Source of the DNA: Rhina ancylostomus
Taxonomy: Eukaryota
Assembly (NCBI GenBank): GCA_030265395.1
Contig: JARFYF010000029.1
Location: 25,365,799-25,429,798, forward strand
Direction of reading: 5' to 3'
DNA: 64,000 nucleotides
In this document: positions 13,201 through 28,169 of the stretch, in pieces
Position numbering within the stretch: the first letter of the stretch is position 1
How the letters are laid out: the number at the start of each line of letters is the position of its first letter
The notes under the pieces: model-generated
The model's database searches: none
The model's input: only the letters and a program-made list of their open reading frames with translations
Told to the model about the DNA's origin: nothing
Position numbers and translations under genes: made by a program

Positions 13201-16200
13201 AAGTTGTAGCTCTATCAAGGAAGGTTGACCATAATGTTGCCCACCTATCTATACTCCATTCGATAGTGAGCTCTCTTCTGTTATAGAAATTCTCCTGCTT
13301 CATATTGCAATTACACTGGATCTACATGAGAAAAAGACAAGCTGGCTGAATAAAGTAGTATTATAGTTTTAATCATGTCTTACAGTGTCACTTGCCAATG
13401 TGAATAGTCCTGTGACCCCACGTAAATCAGACAATAGAATCTTATCCGCCAGTTTGTCAAGCTGCAAAATAATCCTTATTTTATCCTGAAATCAATAGAT
13501 TCAGATTATGGACTTGGTAAATATGGGTTATTCCATGCCATTCAATAAAGTACAATATCAGAGATTTGTGCTAGGTTTTCAGTCTTTTGTATAACTGAAG
13601 TCACATCTTAACATCTATTTGCACAAGTGTTCCTGTTTACACTGAGCATACACATAATTTTCTTGCCTTGAATTTCTTAATGGTGAATGACATTTTAATC
13701 AAGCAACTTTTTTTTTGCCAAATTCAAGCTAATTAACACAAGGTTCACAAGAGCAACAGTGCATGCCACAGGCCAGGAAATAAAACACCTTAATTTTTCA
13801 GATATATACTAGTAAATACCAAATGATAGTACAAATAAGGGAGGGAGAGTTGGGTGTCTTTTGGCAGAAATTTGCTCAAACTGTAACCCATGTGATGTGG
13901 AGGAAGTACTTCCATCTATTGCCACACAATCCAATCAGAGCAGAAAAAGTAACAAACTGTATGCTTTCAATTTTCTTCCCTGCTGGCAGCATATTTCAAC
14001 TCTGAAATAAGTCTTAGAACTAGCATTTCACAGTACACTCTGGTTAAGGCTTGAAGAATAAATACGGCAGTAAATCCAAGACCTTAGCTATATTACTATA
14101 AAAATATTTCAACAATAAACATTGACTTGAATAGTTCTATACCTTTTTCTCCATTTTAGCAGAGTGATATCTTTACATCGTCACTCTACGCCACACAAGG
14201 CGCACATTAGTTAATTGCTGTCCTTAGCTAATTTGAATAATATTGTTGTAGGATAANNNNNNNNNNNNNNNNNNNNNNNNNNNNNNNNNNNNNNNNNNNN
14301 NNNNNNNNNNNNNNNNNNNNNNNNNNNNNNNNNNNNNNNNNNNNNNNNNNNNNNNNTATTGTTGTAGGATAGATGACACAGTGCCCTTGACATAGGCCTT
14401 ACAGTGAGCACCAGGTTAATGACTGAACATGAACACATTCTTCATATTGTTCACCTGAAGCACTACATTGCCATAAATGTCCATTAACTTTTTGCCCAAT
14501 CCTAAGGAGGTAATGCTCATTTTTAGCAAGTACACTAACTCAAGATTAAAGTAGAAAAAGATGATTTTGAAGAGCAGCAATAAGACGTACATAAGTTTTT
14601 CTCGTCAAATATCTGATATGGGGGAGTGAGTGGATCTTGTCCTCCATTCAAATACTCCCTGTCTGGCTTCTTGTCTCTCTGTTAGCCAAGAGACATAGAC
14701 TTGAACAGATATGGAAGACATCTAGTTTAACCATTCACCATCAGTTCCCGCTGTACCACATAAACTACTGACAGCCTCTGCTCTCATCATCCCTAATGAC
14801 TCATTGTTCTGGGAGCATCCTGGAGCACAAAGATAGCCCTGCTTTTTCTTCTCAATTGGAAAATATTTTCTTCAAGCCTTTCATCCAGCTTACCCTCCAA
14901 CAACAAATTTTGGGAACTGATGGATTTCGTCACTACTATTGAAATTGGTCCAGAACTTGCAGTGTGGTAAGCCACCCCCAAATGCCACTGACCTGTTTGG
15001 TGAGTTCAGACTTACTACTTACTGCTCAAAGCCATCCTGAACTAAAATTACTTGGGAGTCATAAAATATTCATTCAAATAAGTGAGTTTGAGAACCTTCA
15101 GGCTGGTATAATTCGGCATTAGTTTTGCGGACAGATTCGCCTATGTATGTTGTGGCTGATCCAACAATGGGTGTGTAGGTCCTGAGCCAAGTCCAACATA
15201 GTGTAGATTCTGGGAACAGATTTCCCAAATAATGTTCCCAGCAAATCCTGGGCACTGTTCAACTGTGATTGCTGCTTCCATTCTTTTCCTTGTCCCACTA
15301 AGTTGAAATTTACTGTTCCTCCCAGTCATACTCCTTGTTAAGACTAAAGAAAATAATTTTATGAGACAGTATTATTCATTATAGTTTTATTCTAGTGTAA
15401 ATAGAGGGAATGTTAGAGCAAACTAATATGCATTATGTTGCGTGATGTGTTGTGTTATTTTAATATTTCACGTAGATTTTCAAAGAAAAAATAAACACTA
15501 ATTAAAGTCTGTGAAGTATGTGTGGATATGAAATTTATTTTCTATAAATTATATCATTCAAAATGGAGTAAATTTAGAAGCCATCAGGGAGAGCCCTGTG
15601 TAATGTTGCAGGTGCTTGGCACATGCTGATATGCATGAAACAATTATTTAGATTGTACAAAATCCCTGTTGGAAATCACACACCTGTACCTAAGGGATCT
15701 GTAACCATGCCTAAGTTGCTTGATGGCAACTGACATCCAAGAAGCAGCTTGGAGAATATAATAGTGTAAAAATCTGCTTACAATGATTCATTCCCTCCCC
15801 ACCAGAGAAGGCTAAAAAAATCAGAGACATAATTTATTTCAAAGATAAACACGTATGTTCAGTAACTCATTCCACAGGGACTATGTAGTTCTCATCTGAT
15901 CATGTGATTGGTCACGGCTGAGATAAGTGAGTTATAAGGTGGTTGTTAGTCCAGAGTATTGTTTGGTTGTATTTAGGATTCAAGAGGAAAGTTCAAAGAG
16001 CTTCATTTAGAGNNNNNNNNNNNNNNNNNNNNNNNNNNNNNNNNNNNNNNNNNNNNNNNNNNNNNNNNNNNNNNNNNNNNNNNNNNNNNNNNNNNNNNNN
16101 NNNNNNNNNNNNGAGCTTCATTTAGAGGTTAGAGAAATGGTTTGTTGAGATTGAATAGTTGGATAAAATGTATGATATAGTAGATTGACAAATAGCTGTT

Positions 16201-17324
16201 AGTGCATGATGAGTCAAACAAATTATTCTTTCCCACATAGTCACACATGACCTGATTTTGGACCTTCTTATAGTTTCAAATTTTGCTCAGATTGAAGTTG
16301 ATTGGAAGTGCAGTGCCTTAATGTTCCCAGGCATCCATCCACCCATCCATGATTTTCTTTAGCCAAAGCGCCTGTGTAATATTTTGGTGTGAATTACTTT
16401 GACAAGACTATTTCAGTAAAACAAATATGTTTGCAGGAAACTAGTTAGTGACTACATAAGAACTGAATGTGTTGGTAATTCATATTGTCAATCTTGGTGA
16501 TGTTTGTTTTTCTGTAGTCTGTCACATCTCACTGAAGTTTAGTTTTAGACATGTGAAGGTGATAACTTGTCTTTAAAAGGCCACTAAATTCTTTTTCTGT
16601 ATTTGGCAATAGGTTTGATTTCCTTTGCTGAACTGGTTCAGGGAAAACAAATATAAACCAACTATGTGCAGTTTTATGTTCGATGATGTTAATATGTTTA
16701 ATGACATTAATATTTTCCTGTCTGTTGTGTACTACTCCAAAGATCAAAACCATAAAGAAATAGATACATTGTACAAAATGAATCTTAAAATTTTGGATGA
16801 TGCTTCAGAAATTAAAAAAAAATTATTTTAAGTTGTAGAACTGAAAAAAGAACAGCTGACTGAAAATCATTAAATTTTCTTGTATAATAAATGCAGAAAA
16901 AGATAACTACTGCGTTTTCCTTCAAAATATTATTCTTGTCATGGAATTTTACTTCAATGTATTATTGAAAGTCTTTATGACTTGACATTTCCTTGCTACA
17001 AAATTTATTTCATGTCCTTATGAATTTTTTTTTCTTTTGCTTTTGTGTCAAGAGTAACTATTGTCAATTGTTGTGCCACAATTTTCCATTCAATTTTGCC
17101 ATAGCATTTGGCATGTTGCAGTTGTCTCTGACTGTGTGAAGAGATTTTCTTATTTATCTCACTATCTATATATATTTTCAGAACTGTGCACTCAACAAGA
17201 GGCCACGGTTGGCATGAGAGTATAATCATGCATCTCTAGTTTGTTTCTTGTTTCAATAATAAGTAGTGTTCAGGAATTTATAATAGAGAAAGTGATTGGG
17301 GAAAGTAAAAATATAACAAATTGG

Positions 17325-17660
17325 ACGACACTGTCCCCATGATTCCAAGCCCTGCATATTATTCATTGTGATCATGGCTTATCCTGCACCACATCCACTT
17401 TTGCCCCAACTCCCCATTCTCCTGATTCTGTTAGTGTCCTAAAATATATTGTTATCACTCTTGAATATACCCAATGATAGATCATTTGCTAACCCTTGCT
17501 TCAGAAAATCCCATGGATTGAAAAATGGTCAACACTTTTTCTTCACAGTATGTTCCCTGGTTTTAGACTTTCTGGCTGAAGAAAAGTGTCAATCCCGCTC
17601 AAAATCCTGCATGTCACAATGAACTCCCTTGTCAGCATTCTGACCTTCAGTGCATATCAG
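17325..17660 (-). mobile_element. Old CR1 LINE 3' fragment
   Basis: tgatcatggcttatc...ctcttgaatatacccaatgat...ccctggttttagact; same family as 2810 and 12765. Confidence 0.5.
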
Positions 17661-17669
17661 CACTAGTTT

Positions 17670-17822
17670 AGATCTATTTAAGAAGAAGGTTGATAAACAA
17701 GTGGGGAAGAGGAATTAGTGATGGATGCTGATAGCTGAGGGAGTGCTGCAAGAGAACGCTAATGCTAATGTGAGCTGGTTGGGTTAAATGACCTGTTCTT
17801 ATGCTGCATATGCTGTGTAACC
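17670..17822 (+). mobile_element. Old CR1 LINE 3' tail
   Basis: atttaagaagaaggttgataaac...ctggttgggttaaatgacctgttcttatgctgcatatgctgtgtaa. Confidence 0.5.
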
Positions 17823-18829
17823 ATAAATGGAGAAACTAAACTAGGAATTTTTTTGTTGTCATTACTTCAGCAACTCCAGTATATTTTTATTTTACTGAAA
17901 TATTCATTTGCAATTACTTCAAGCAGAACAACTTTCTGTCAAAACATTTTGTTTCCAAGAAAACTATCAACACTTCTTATTATATAAAAATTGTTTCACT
18001 TAGTATAACACCAGCATATTTTTTGTCCAAGAAAACTACTTTCCATACTTGTCAGGGATGTATACTTGTTAAGAGTTAAACATGAACAAATGTGCATTTC
18101 TGTATACTTTAAAATATTTATGCAGACTCGTTTTGTGCTTTGTCATTGGGGAGGTTTATTATTTTTGGGGCAGTAGGATCATACATGGCATAGGGGCATG
18201 TAAGCGTGGAATCATTTAGGTAAAATGGCATCATTTAAATAATGAGCTCTCCAACATAGATGTGTTGTTTACTAAATATGTGAAGACTGGAATGATGTTT
18301 TCTATTTCTTGCAATAGCTCTAAAAAACTTGTACACTTCCTATATTCTGGAAAAGATTTTTGGTCTTTGTTTTCAATGTGACAGAGAGCAAGGCCAGAGG
18401 CAGAGCCCTAGAGGTAATTTCCTAGGAGTCAGTAAGGTGAAGCTTTAGTTTGGATGAACAAACTGAAGCAAGCTAAATGGGTCACATGTGAATGGATGGT
18501 AATGCAGTTTAGTACAGTTTTTGTACTGAGCAGAGCCTCAGCTCAGATATGCATGATATTTAACACACTGAAGAGGTTTGCCTTGTCAAACGTAAGTACC
18601 ATTGGAACACCTGGAAAGAATTGTGAGAGAGTGGTTTACAGTTACCCTTGGCTACTGAGTTCAGAACTGTTGCTAGAAATGACCAGCATACAAATGAATA
18701 TTGTTTTTCCTGCACTGTAACTTTATTGTTCCCTTTGAGAATTAATGAAATACTCTGCAAGGTGTGGCAGCTGGTCCTGCGAACACAGCAAGAAGTAATT
18801 GCCCTGGGAACTGGGCTCCCTAGTTCCAA

Positions 18830-18935
18830 ATATAAAATGCTACAGATGTTGGAAACCTGGAACAGAAACAGAAAATCTGAAAATACTCAGTAGGCCAGGC
18901 AGCATCTGTGGAGACCGAAACAGAGTTAATGCTGA
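18830..18935 (-). mobile_element. Penelope-like element terminal fragment
   Basis: ctacagatgttggaaacctggaacagaaacagaaaatctgaaaatactcagtaggccaggcagcatctgtggag...aaacagagttaatg; homologous to 48075-48180. Confidence 0.7.
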
Positions 18936-21900
18936 TGTGTAGCCAGTGAATCCTTAGAGAACCATTGATTCAAGCAGTGCGAACATGAGCATGTTTCAGA
19001 CTTCTGCTCCTGTGCACTGCAGCGGGGGCATATTGAACACGGCCCAGCTCAAATGTAAGTACAGCTGACCTCCTGTTCTACTCCTGTACTCACTAATGAA
19101 TCCAAGAGCATTCCGTAACAACCTGAGCTGAAGGGGTGATAGACTTCAGATCTGGCTCCTCAGTTTTATGCAACCACGGGTGGCACATCTAGNNNNNNNN
19201 NNNNNNNNTGAAAACAGTGCGAAGCCCTTCTGACAGCAAGAGCTGAGGCTTAGTCACCACTAGCTGGCCACTCCAATCCATGGAAGGGCAGTGATGCTCC
19301 AAGATCATTGAAAGTCGTGTGTCTGCAAAAGATGTGTAACAATAGGGCAAGCAATTTTGAACTGTGGGATTGCTGTGGGGCATTATCAACATCACCAAAC
19401 CATGTGAACTACTCATACAAGCAGAGCACTTCCCCAAAATAAGGGTTTGGCATAGCTAAAGGAGCTGTTTTAGGGTAACAGTACAATGGTCTCACCCTAG
19501 TTGCCACATACAAGTAATCCTTTCTGGACCAGAAAGCTGACAGATGCATTCACCACAGTGGTGAACAGTTGCAGTATCATCTTTTTTTCCAGAAAATGGG
19601 ACATGAATAGACTTCTGACTTAAGCTATAGATTGAATCAGTTGCTGAATCAGTTACCTGTTATTTAAACCCCCCACCATTTCTCCTTGCCATTGTCATTG
19701 AACCACTTCTGCTCCTTCTTGCAAATGTTAGTACCCAAAATGAGTAAGAAGTTAAACATTGGGATATACTATGATCCACATTTACTTTAAAAATTACTTC
19801 AAATTCAAAGCATATGTTTTTACTAGTCTGTAAGTTATCCAGTAGTTTACACAAAGATGCATCTCATGTATTGAAAGTTTGCTGAATAAGTTATGTCTCA
19901 TAAAAATGGGAGCCAGCCATGAGCCTTCCCTGACACAACTTAGAAATGATGCTTTTTAGCAGCATGTGGATAAGTTATATTCTGGGCCAGAAACAAGATT
20001 GTTGAAAATACAGTGTCTCATTTCTGCAGTAACTTGGTCTTAACTTTTATTTTAAAAAGATGATGTAATATATTTTTCCACACTTAATTTAGTATTTTTT
20101 CTGTAACTATTTTCATTCTAATTCATGCTATTTCACTCTATCTCACTCTTTTTAATCTATCCTTAAATGCAGAGGTGATAATCTGCTGATTCCTTTGTTC
20201 ACTGTTCCCAAGTGCCCTGTTAGTCTTACATTTCCAGAAGATGATGATACAAGATTTTTCAAAGTAGTAGAATGAAGGAAACATTTAACAAATGGAGCAT
20301 ATTATCAGTTTCAATGTCCCGCAAATTCCAGGCCTTTGCATTAGTCCAAAGGGGAAACACTGAAATAAGAGCATATCAAAATAAATGAAATTACTATATT
20401 TTTCAAATTAGATTTGAACATTATGCAGAGGGTACTTTTATCCCAGGATATATTTCTGCAACAGAAGATTAATTAATGTATATGCAAGATGAAATACACG
20501 ATTATGATGTCATTGGGTTTGGTGTTCCAGTTGTTCCGGTGTATTTGGCAATGTTTCTGTTGTCTTCTCATTTCCCCAAAGTAGCATTCTGTTGTTTTCC
20601 CTTCCTCCCAGCACCGCTAGGAGTTTAAGCTAACTGTTTAGTGTGCTTCTGCCACTTTATGTGTCTTTCCAATCTGCGTTTCAATGCATTCTAGGTCGCC
20701 AAACATTGACTAAATAAAAAGTGATAATTGGCATGCTTATTCAATATGTATTTGTAGGCTTATATAATTGTTAAGACTCGTTTCACTAGAAGCAGGATCT
20801 GTAGGAATCCAGGAGGGAGCAGAATAAGTAAAAAGCAACCCAGAATACTTCCATTGGAGTGTACCTGCTGTTGTTTGGGAATTAGACTGGTGCAAGAATT
20901 TTTAGGATATAATGTGGAACAGGTCGACCTGTGCCTGTGTTAGATTTTTTTCTTTATTACTTATAGTAAAATACACCACTTTAAGCATGTTGGTTACATT
21001 TCATTTATTGTTAGCATAAATCCAGGAGGGATAACAGTTCTCTGCTAACATTAATAAGATCCAAAATTAGATTTAAAACTTACCCAACTATGGAAGAAGT
21101 AGCTGATACAGAGCATAATCTACACCCTTAATATACTGAAAACTTACAAAAGTGCTGACATAATAAGGATTCTAATGTGAAACAGATCTGTTTAAAGCCA
21201 GTATTGAGGCTAATAGAGAATACTCCATTGAACATGAACACATGCAACCACATTTACACCATGTGCAGAAAGCAGTTCCTTACTGAGCAGTCTGTTTTAT
21301 GATGTGAAATAACATAATGCAATTTTGCAGTGGGAATGTTGCAGAGGAGTATTATGAAGTACACCCTGTCTTTTATTCTTACTCCAAAAGATTTGTTCTG
21401 TCATTAACTTCCGTGGATGTCACTTTGTTCTTTAGTATTTTCTCTAAGGACCTGTAACTTAAGTGGAAAAATTGACAGACATGGCATGTCACTGCAAGAG
21501 CCATCGTTGGTGTTGTTTCATCTCCCAGACCTTGTTAGGATCTCACTGGAATATGTCCACCAAGTCCATTGATCTGATGTGAACCATCCCAATTCTACAT
21601 GCAATTTTCAGTGGGCTTCCAGATACTAACTTAAGCCACAAGGCCAAGGAGAGAGGTAACTTAATTAATGTGATAATGTCAATGCTTTGGAGGAAAAATG
21701 TGACAATGATACTACGGTTTCCAAAATATTTCACTCTCAGGGCTTCTCATGTCATTTCTTTGTCTCTTGTAAACAAAACAGACAGAGTTTGATTTCTACG
21801 GTTAGGTAGTTGTTTTATTGCCATTATATTTTGCAAGTATGGAGTGGAAGAAGGTGAACGGGGTGAGCTTTGGTCAATTTTCATTCAGCAGTTCTTATGA

Positions 21901-22054
21901 AAGAAGTGTAACAAAATGTCTTTGGATTCAGAAATTTTGAACATTATTTCATTAAAGTCTCATTAACTTCTCCAAGACCAACACAGCATCCCCTAAACAA
22001 AATAGAAAGGTCTGCTACTTTTTCTTTTCAATGTTTTGAATTTTCCTTAGCCTT

Positions 22055-22655
22055 TTACAGCATGGAACCAGGCCCTTTGGCCCAACTCATCCATACCGAC
22101 CAAGGTGCCAACCTGAGCTAGTCCATTTACCTGCATTTGGCCCATATCCCTCTAAACCTTTCCTATCCATAGACCTAACTAAATGTCTTTTAAGTGTTGT
22201 AATTGTACCCACCTCTACCACTTCTGGCAGCTCATTCCATATACACACCATCCTTTGTGTGAAAAACTTGTCCCTGAGGTCTGCTTTAAATCTCTCCCCT
22301 CTCACTTTAAACCTATGCCCTCTGATTTTGGACTCCACTACCCTGGGAAAAGGACTGTGACCATTGATCTTATGTATGCCCCTTATGATTTTTTAAATCC
22401 CCATAAAGTCACCCCCTCAGCCTCCTACACTTCAGGGAAAACAACCTCAGCCTATCCAGTCTCTCCTTATAACTCAAGCCCTCCNNNGCCAGTAACATCC
22501 TTGTGGATCTTTTCTGCACCCTTTCCAGCTTAATGACATCCTTCCTGTAGCTGGGTGACTAGAACTGTGCACAAAACTCCAAGTGCTGTCTCACCAACAT
22601 CTTCTACAGCTGTAACATGATGTCTCAGCTCTTGTAATCAATGTCCTCATCAATG
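22055..22655 (-). mobile_element. CR1/HER1 LINE, relatively young 5'-truncated copy
   Basis: ORF 22087..22338(-) RGHRFKVRGERFKADLRDKFFTQRMVCIWNELPEVVEVGTITTLKRHL is the canonical CR1 ORF2 C-terminus, followed by the 3' tail. Confidence 0.92.
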
Positions 22656-22659
22656 TCTC

Positions 22660-22692
<33 letters not shown>
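22656..22692. repeat. (CT)n microsatellite
   Basis: Direct observation, at the 5' truncation point of the CR1 copy. Confidence 0.9.
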
Positions 22693-25600
22693 ATCTTTTG
22701 TCAAACTCTTAATTTGCTTCATTACTTTTAATGTAATTTGCACTGTTTCTTGGTTTGTTCTTTTCTTTCATGAGCCAATGGTCTAAGTCAGTAGGTGCAG
22801 TGTTAATTTGGTCCCAAGTGAAACATTGAAATCACTGTGCCATTAATGGATTGGTAATCCAGCAATTTGTGATGCAAATATAACGAGATATCAAAAGTGA
22901 GTATAAAAGTTCAATAAATGTAATACTCTGCCAGACCCACCATTGCTGCAATTTCTTGCAGTCAGTGTTCATAGGCATCTTTCTGCCTGCTGTTTTGACA
23001 GAGCTATTATCCTACTTTAAACTATACAGGTAACATGTTCATCAAGATAGAGGACGGGAAAATGTCATATAAAGACACTGAGCATGTGTCTATTACTACT
23101 AATTCCTAGATATTAAAAAGTGTTTATTTTGAAATGCAGGAAAAATCTGTTACCACTACTGTTTTAAAATAAATTGAAGCAAGTAAAGGGACAGGCATAG
23201 TTTGCTAAATTCTATGCTGTAGTCAATCAGGCTGAATACTTGCAAACTGGGTTTGTGATCCACTGCTCTCTTATTGTCTTCAGTCTCCTCATGATTGTTG
23301 GTGAGCTTCTTTTCATGGTAAAAGAATTTTCAAATCACAGGACGTAATTAACTGCCTCACCTTCCCACAAACAAATCAACACCATGCATTTTATGCCAAG
23401 TAAGCAGGCAGTAGTTTAATACTCACCATAATGTTTTTGGAATTTTTTTTTAATTAGGGAAAGCTGATTACCATCTAAATCCATTTTGTATTATGCTTCT
23501 ACATTTAGCAATTCTGTAAATATATTGCCAGGATAGCTTACACAAATGCACCCAAAGGGGCTGATTTTTCTACATAATAACATGACACCAATGGCATTCA
23601 CTATCATTTACTTGGAAAATGTATAAACACTTTTGATATCTACACATTTGCAGTTAAATGTGGATATCAGAAGCTGGTGTGCCCTGTGCCATACTCTTGA
23701 AAAGGACTACTTGCCATCTAATTAATAATTCATAATTAGTCCGAGGGTGCTGTGAATCCTTTACAGATGCAAAATAAACTCAATTGTAAACATTAAAGCT
23801 TGTACACTAGTGTAATTACCTTCTGAATGGTTTGGGAAGTCTTGTATTCTGCTAGACAACCACTTGGGTTCTGAAAATTAACCTGTGGGCATGGAGATGG
23901 ATTCTTTCAGCTTTTTCTTCTCGGAAATTTGGAAATGATAAATAACACTCTTAAGTTTCTTCTTTTGCCTCTTTTGCTTTATTTTAATACAAACTTGCTC
24001 TCTTATTTTGCCTTTTTACCATTGTAATATTGAATTGACTATTCTGATATTCTATTCCTGGTTAAGACTGCTTGTTAAGGATTCCCCAATTGATTGATTC
24101 AGGGAGGGTTGTTAACCCTTGTCATACAGGTCCCAGATGCCCTGTAGGTGGTGCTGCACATTTTGCATGGCCAGATGACAGCAATTTGTTGTGCAAAACT
24201 CATAGGAATCTATTGGCAAATGCAAATCAATGGAATTGCTTGTGCTCGTCTGTTTGCCGTATGGGCAAAATCTTGGCCAATGTATTCACACCAGGGAATA
24301 AAGCTTGTAAATGGTAAATGAAGGCTACAGCCAGGGATATCCTGGAAAGTGCTTTTGTGGGAAATGTCTGTTGGTTACATTTCAGCAGCTTATTTATCAT
24401 CTGTAGGTTCCTCAGAGATATGTGTTAAACTCTCTTTCACGCATACCCCTTCCCACCCACCCCCCCCCCACACCCACACAGCCAAGAAGCGAGCTTAACA
24501 TGTTTCTGCTCAAGGTTCTCCACAAACAAGCCTAGGGAAACATAGNNNNNNNNNNNNNNNNNNNNNNNNNNNNNNNNNNNNNNNNNNNNNNNNNNNNNNN
24601 NNNNNNNNNNNNNNNNNNNNNNNNNNNNNNNNNNNNNNTGGTTGGTATTGACAGTCTTTCTTCTTTCTTTCCAACTGACCTGATGGGTTAACACTGACAA
24701 CCTCCTATCCAGGTGAATAAGCTCATTTTTCCTTAAACACTAGTAAGTTGACATATTGATTGGAATGATGACTGTTGTTTTAAAATATTGAGGTTGACAT
24801 TTAAGAAACAGGTTCACCTAATCCATATTTTCATATGCTACAACAGTTGGAGCATCTCAGTAACTGAATGTGGTCATGTAAAAGCACTGAGATTGGTGAA
24901 TTATGCAGATATCTATGCTGCTGCTCTGGTTTATCACAGGTCTGCTGTGACATAAGTAATAACTTTAGGTCTTGCTGATTTATCTTTTATAATTTATCCT
25001 TCTTGAAGTTATTTGACAGATTTCACTAAGGGTTTTCGATATTATTTGTGGCTTCATCCTTATGTACTGCTGGCTTCTGGGAGCTAGTAGTACAGGAACT
25101 AGGAAGTGTACCTTAGTAGAGACATTCAGCAGGTGATGAAGGAGTACAAGTGATAAAAAGAGAATGTTATTAAAGTGCCAAGTGCATAGGGTTAATCTTC
25201 CAAAAACCTGAAACCTATGTTTTTTTTCAAGTTAGGTGGAATGATGTTCAGTTGACTACAAAGTGTCATTTGAGAAGTGCTTGGAGATTTTAATGTATAA
25301 AAGAGAATCTTTTTGTTTGCTTAAAGAATGAAAATTAGCAGAGCTTTTTAAAGTACTTCTCATAAATTAGCAAATAAAACATAGAAGTAACAGTATTTGG
25401 ATGTTTTGCAGCATTTTTACATAAGCTCGTGTAGTCAAGTATTGAAAGTCAGTGCATCCAGCTATATTTAAAATACTAGTAACCTGATGTAATGATTGAA
25501 ATAATGACTACTGGTTTAAAATATTAAGGGTGATATCTATGAACCATGTTCCCTACACCATATTTTCAATGGTTCATGTATATGTCAGCTTATCCCACGA

Positions 25601-25699
25601 CTGTAGTCTAATGAACAAGTTCAGCAGCACCCTGACAGTGTTTCACTCATCAGCTTAAAAAGAGTTACATAGACAGACAAACTCAGTAAGTGGTGCACA

Positions 25700-25850
25700 T
25701 TTCTAGATACCTGTTATACCCAAAGGGTAGTGAATCTTTAGAATTCACTATCTTCGAGAATTATGGAGTTTGGATTGCTGAGTATATGCAAGACAGATCA
25801 AAAGATGAGAGGCCCAATGGCCTCCTCCTGGTTCTAATTCATATGTTATG
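25700..25850 (+). mobile_element. Decayed, internally deleted CR1 3' end
   Basis: aagggtagtgaatctttagaattcacta...gagaggcccaatggcctcctcctggttctaattcatatgttatgt. Confidence 0.55.
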
Positions 25851-28169
25851 TACAGAGTTATCCATTGAAAACATGAATACAACTTGGAAAGGCAGCAAAA
25901 CAATATCAAATCACTACGTGCATGTAAACATCAGTACTGAAAATATTCAAGGTTAAAGAGAATGGACACAATGATATGGTATCCTGCTTATTTGTGTTTG
26001 AGCTCCTACTGGCAAGCATATTGTAATCTATCAGAATTTGAAATTATTTATGGCTGTAGCTATAAGTGTGCATGTTAGGCAGAGTTTATTCTATGCAGAA
26101 TTGGAAATGTTGAATTCTTTAATTCCAATCATGAAGAAGACTTTGTAATACATAAACTACACCTCATGAGTGAGACATACCTTTCAGGTGAGTGCAGTAA
26201 AATCTGTATTCTATGAATAGTAGTAAGTATTCCACTAAAACTACACATGGGAGCAAAACAAGGGGAATTATTTTGTTAAGAAACTGTTCATTTTTTTCTT
26301 GATATTATTCATATAATGGTTCAGCTGGATTAACAGTTGTCCATGGAGAAGAGAGTTTTTGTGATGTAGAACGTGAATATAATTTTATACAAGCATGCGT
26401 GTAAAATCAATTATGACAGCAACCTTTTTTTTAAATGGCATATTCCATCATCTGCACATTGCTTCGTTGTTCCTAACTCTGAATCACATATAAAATATGT
26501 CAAGATTTAAAATAAGGATTTATATTAAAACTAAACATACAATTGATGTATACAAATAACCTGGAATTTGCCCAATGTTTTATGCAGACTGTTGACTATT
26601 CAATATGTCTTGAGTTATTTGTTACTTTGTGGCAGGAAAGGTGTACATGTTGCAAAGGTGTAATTAGTTATTCAGTATTGCAATTAACTCATGAGTTTAT
26701 TGCATAGTGTGTTTTCAGAAAAAATGCTGAATACTACAAGAATATCACTCATGACTGAACATAAAAATGGAAAATCTTCTGCAGCAAACAGTATGTTTGA
26801 CACAAAATCATGGACATTCACATCAGGGGAAGACGTTCAGGGTATTGTATTTCTGTTATTTCTAAAATAGCAAAATAAAACCTATGGTATGGTTTAAAGC
26901 TTGCAGCTAATATGAACTGAGAAATCAAGCAGGAAAGGGAAAATTCAGGCATCATTTAAATTTGCTAAGCTTTGAATTATCTGCTAATTTGAGTTTGTTT
27001 GTTGAAAATATTTACCCTACATAGTGCTTAGCAAAAGAAATACTTCAAATTAGGATTAGCAGACAAAGACAATATCATAAAAAGCTGCACAAAGCTTTTT
27101 ATTTTAAAAGTCTGTAACATGAGTAGAACTCAAGCAATAAATACTGATCTAGATTATTGTTATTTTGCTTAGAGTGAACTTAATAACCTCTTGCTATTGG
27201 AAAATGAATTTGTGTACCCTTGCAATATAGCCAAAATAGATCCCACCTTTGATATAAATTCAAATTTATAAAATTATTTCCCAAATTAAAAGAAATAGGT
27301 GATTGTTTTTCTCATGTAAATCTTATCCACTTGCTTATTAATAGGATGTCTATGATCAATGTACATTGTTATTTAGTCCATCTGAAGTCAGGAGTTCCCT
27401 TCGAATGGCACTGCATTGGAAATGCCAATATCTTTACTATTTCACAGTCAGAATACAAATAATGTGTTAATAAGCAGTTAGTATTCATTATCAAACAATG
27501 ACTTATATTGAAAAACAATACTAAGATATTTTGGAATAAGTTTTCACTGTACAAAAAATAAAGTTCCTTCATTTTCTTGTGCTAGTAAAGTTGAGAATTT
27601 TGTTTTACTAGCCATTGTTTTGTGGATCAGCACCCTGCTCACGTGTAAGTTGAACCATTGGGGCTATTGCTAAGAAGCATTCAACGTAGGTGCGTAGTTG
27701 CTGTCTTAACCACTTGTCTTGGCTGCTCTTACAGGCATGAGACCTGAGCCATTTTGAGGCCCATTTTGAGGAGCTTTGTTGAGGGATGCACTGGATAGAA
27801 TAGCAATGAAAGAAAGTTATTTTCTTGGCCAGGATAAATGATCTTGCTGTTGGCCCAGGGCTCTGGCAAGAAGAAAACCAGAAACAAACAAGATTGTTTT
27901 GAATGATTTCCAGTGATTGCTTTAAAGAAAATTTACTGTTTATGCATCTGCTATTGTGTGGAAAAATTGCATCAGAATAATCTGAATGTTTAACAGAGTG
28001 GCCAAGGTAATGTTCAGTCATACAGATAGTGCATTAAGGTTCTATGATTGTGAACTCTGATTCTGTTTGTGAACCTCAAAACCACTTTTTGATGGTTAGA
28101 TTATACTTCATACAGTAGCATTTTGCTAAAACTAAATATACAAACACGAGAATAACAATATAGCCAGCT

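Noticed and set aside
14241-14371. 15-bp direct repeat (tattgttgtaggata) flanking a 100-N gap; similarly gagcttcatttagag around 16013-16112
   Set aside because: Identical sequence on both sides of fixed-size gaps indicates unmerged contig overlaps, not target-site duplications.
15070-15255. TTYIGESVRK in a minus-strand ORF, resembling the GIY-YIG YIGET.R motif
   Set aside because: The upstream VY/C..C and downstream motifs are not recognisable; too short to call.
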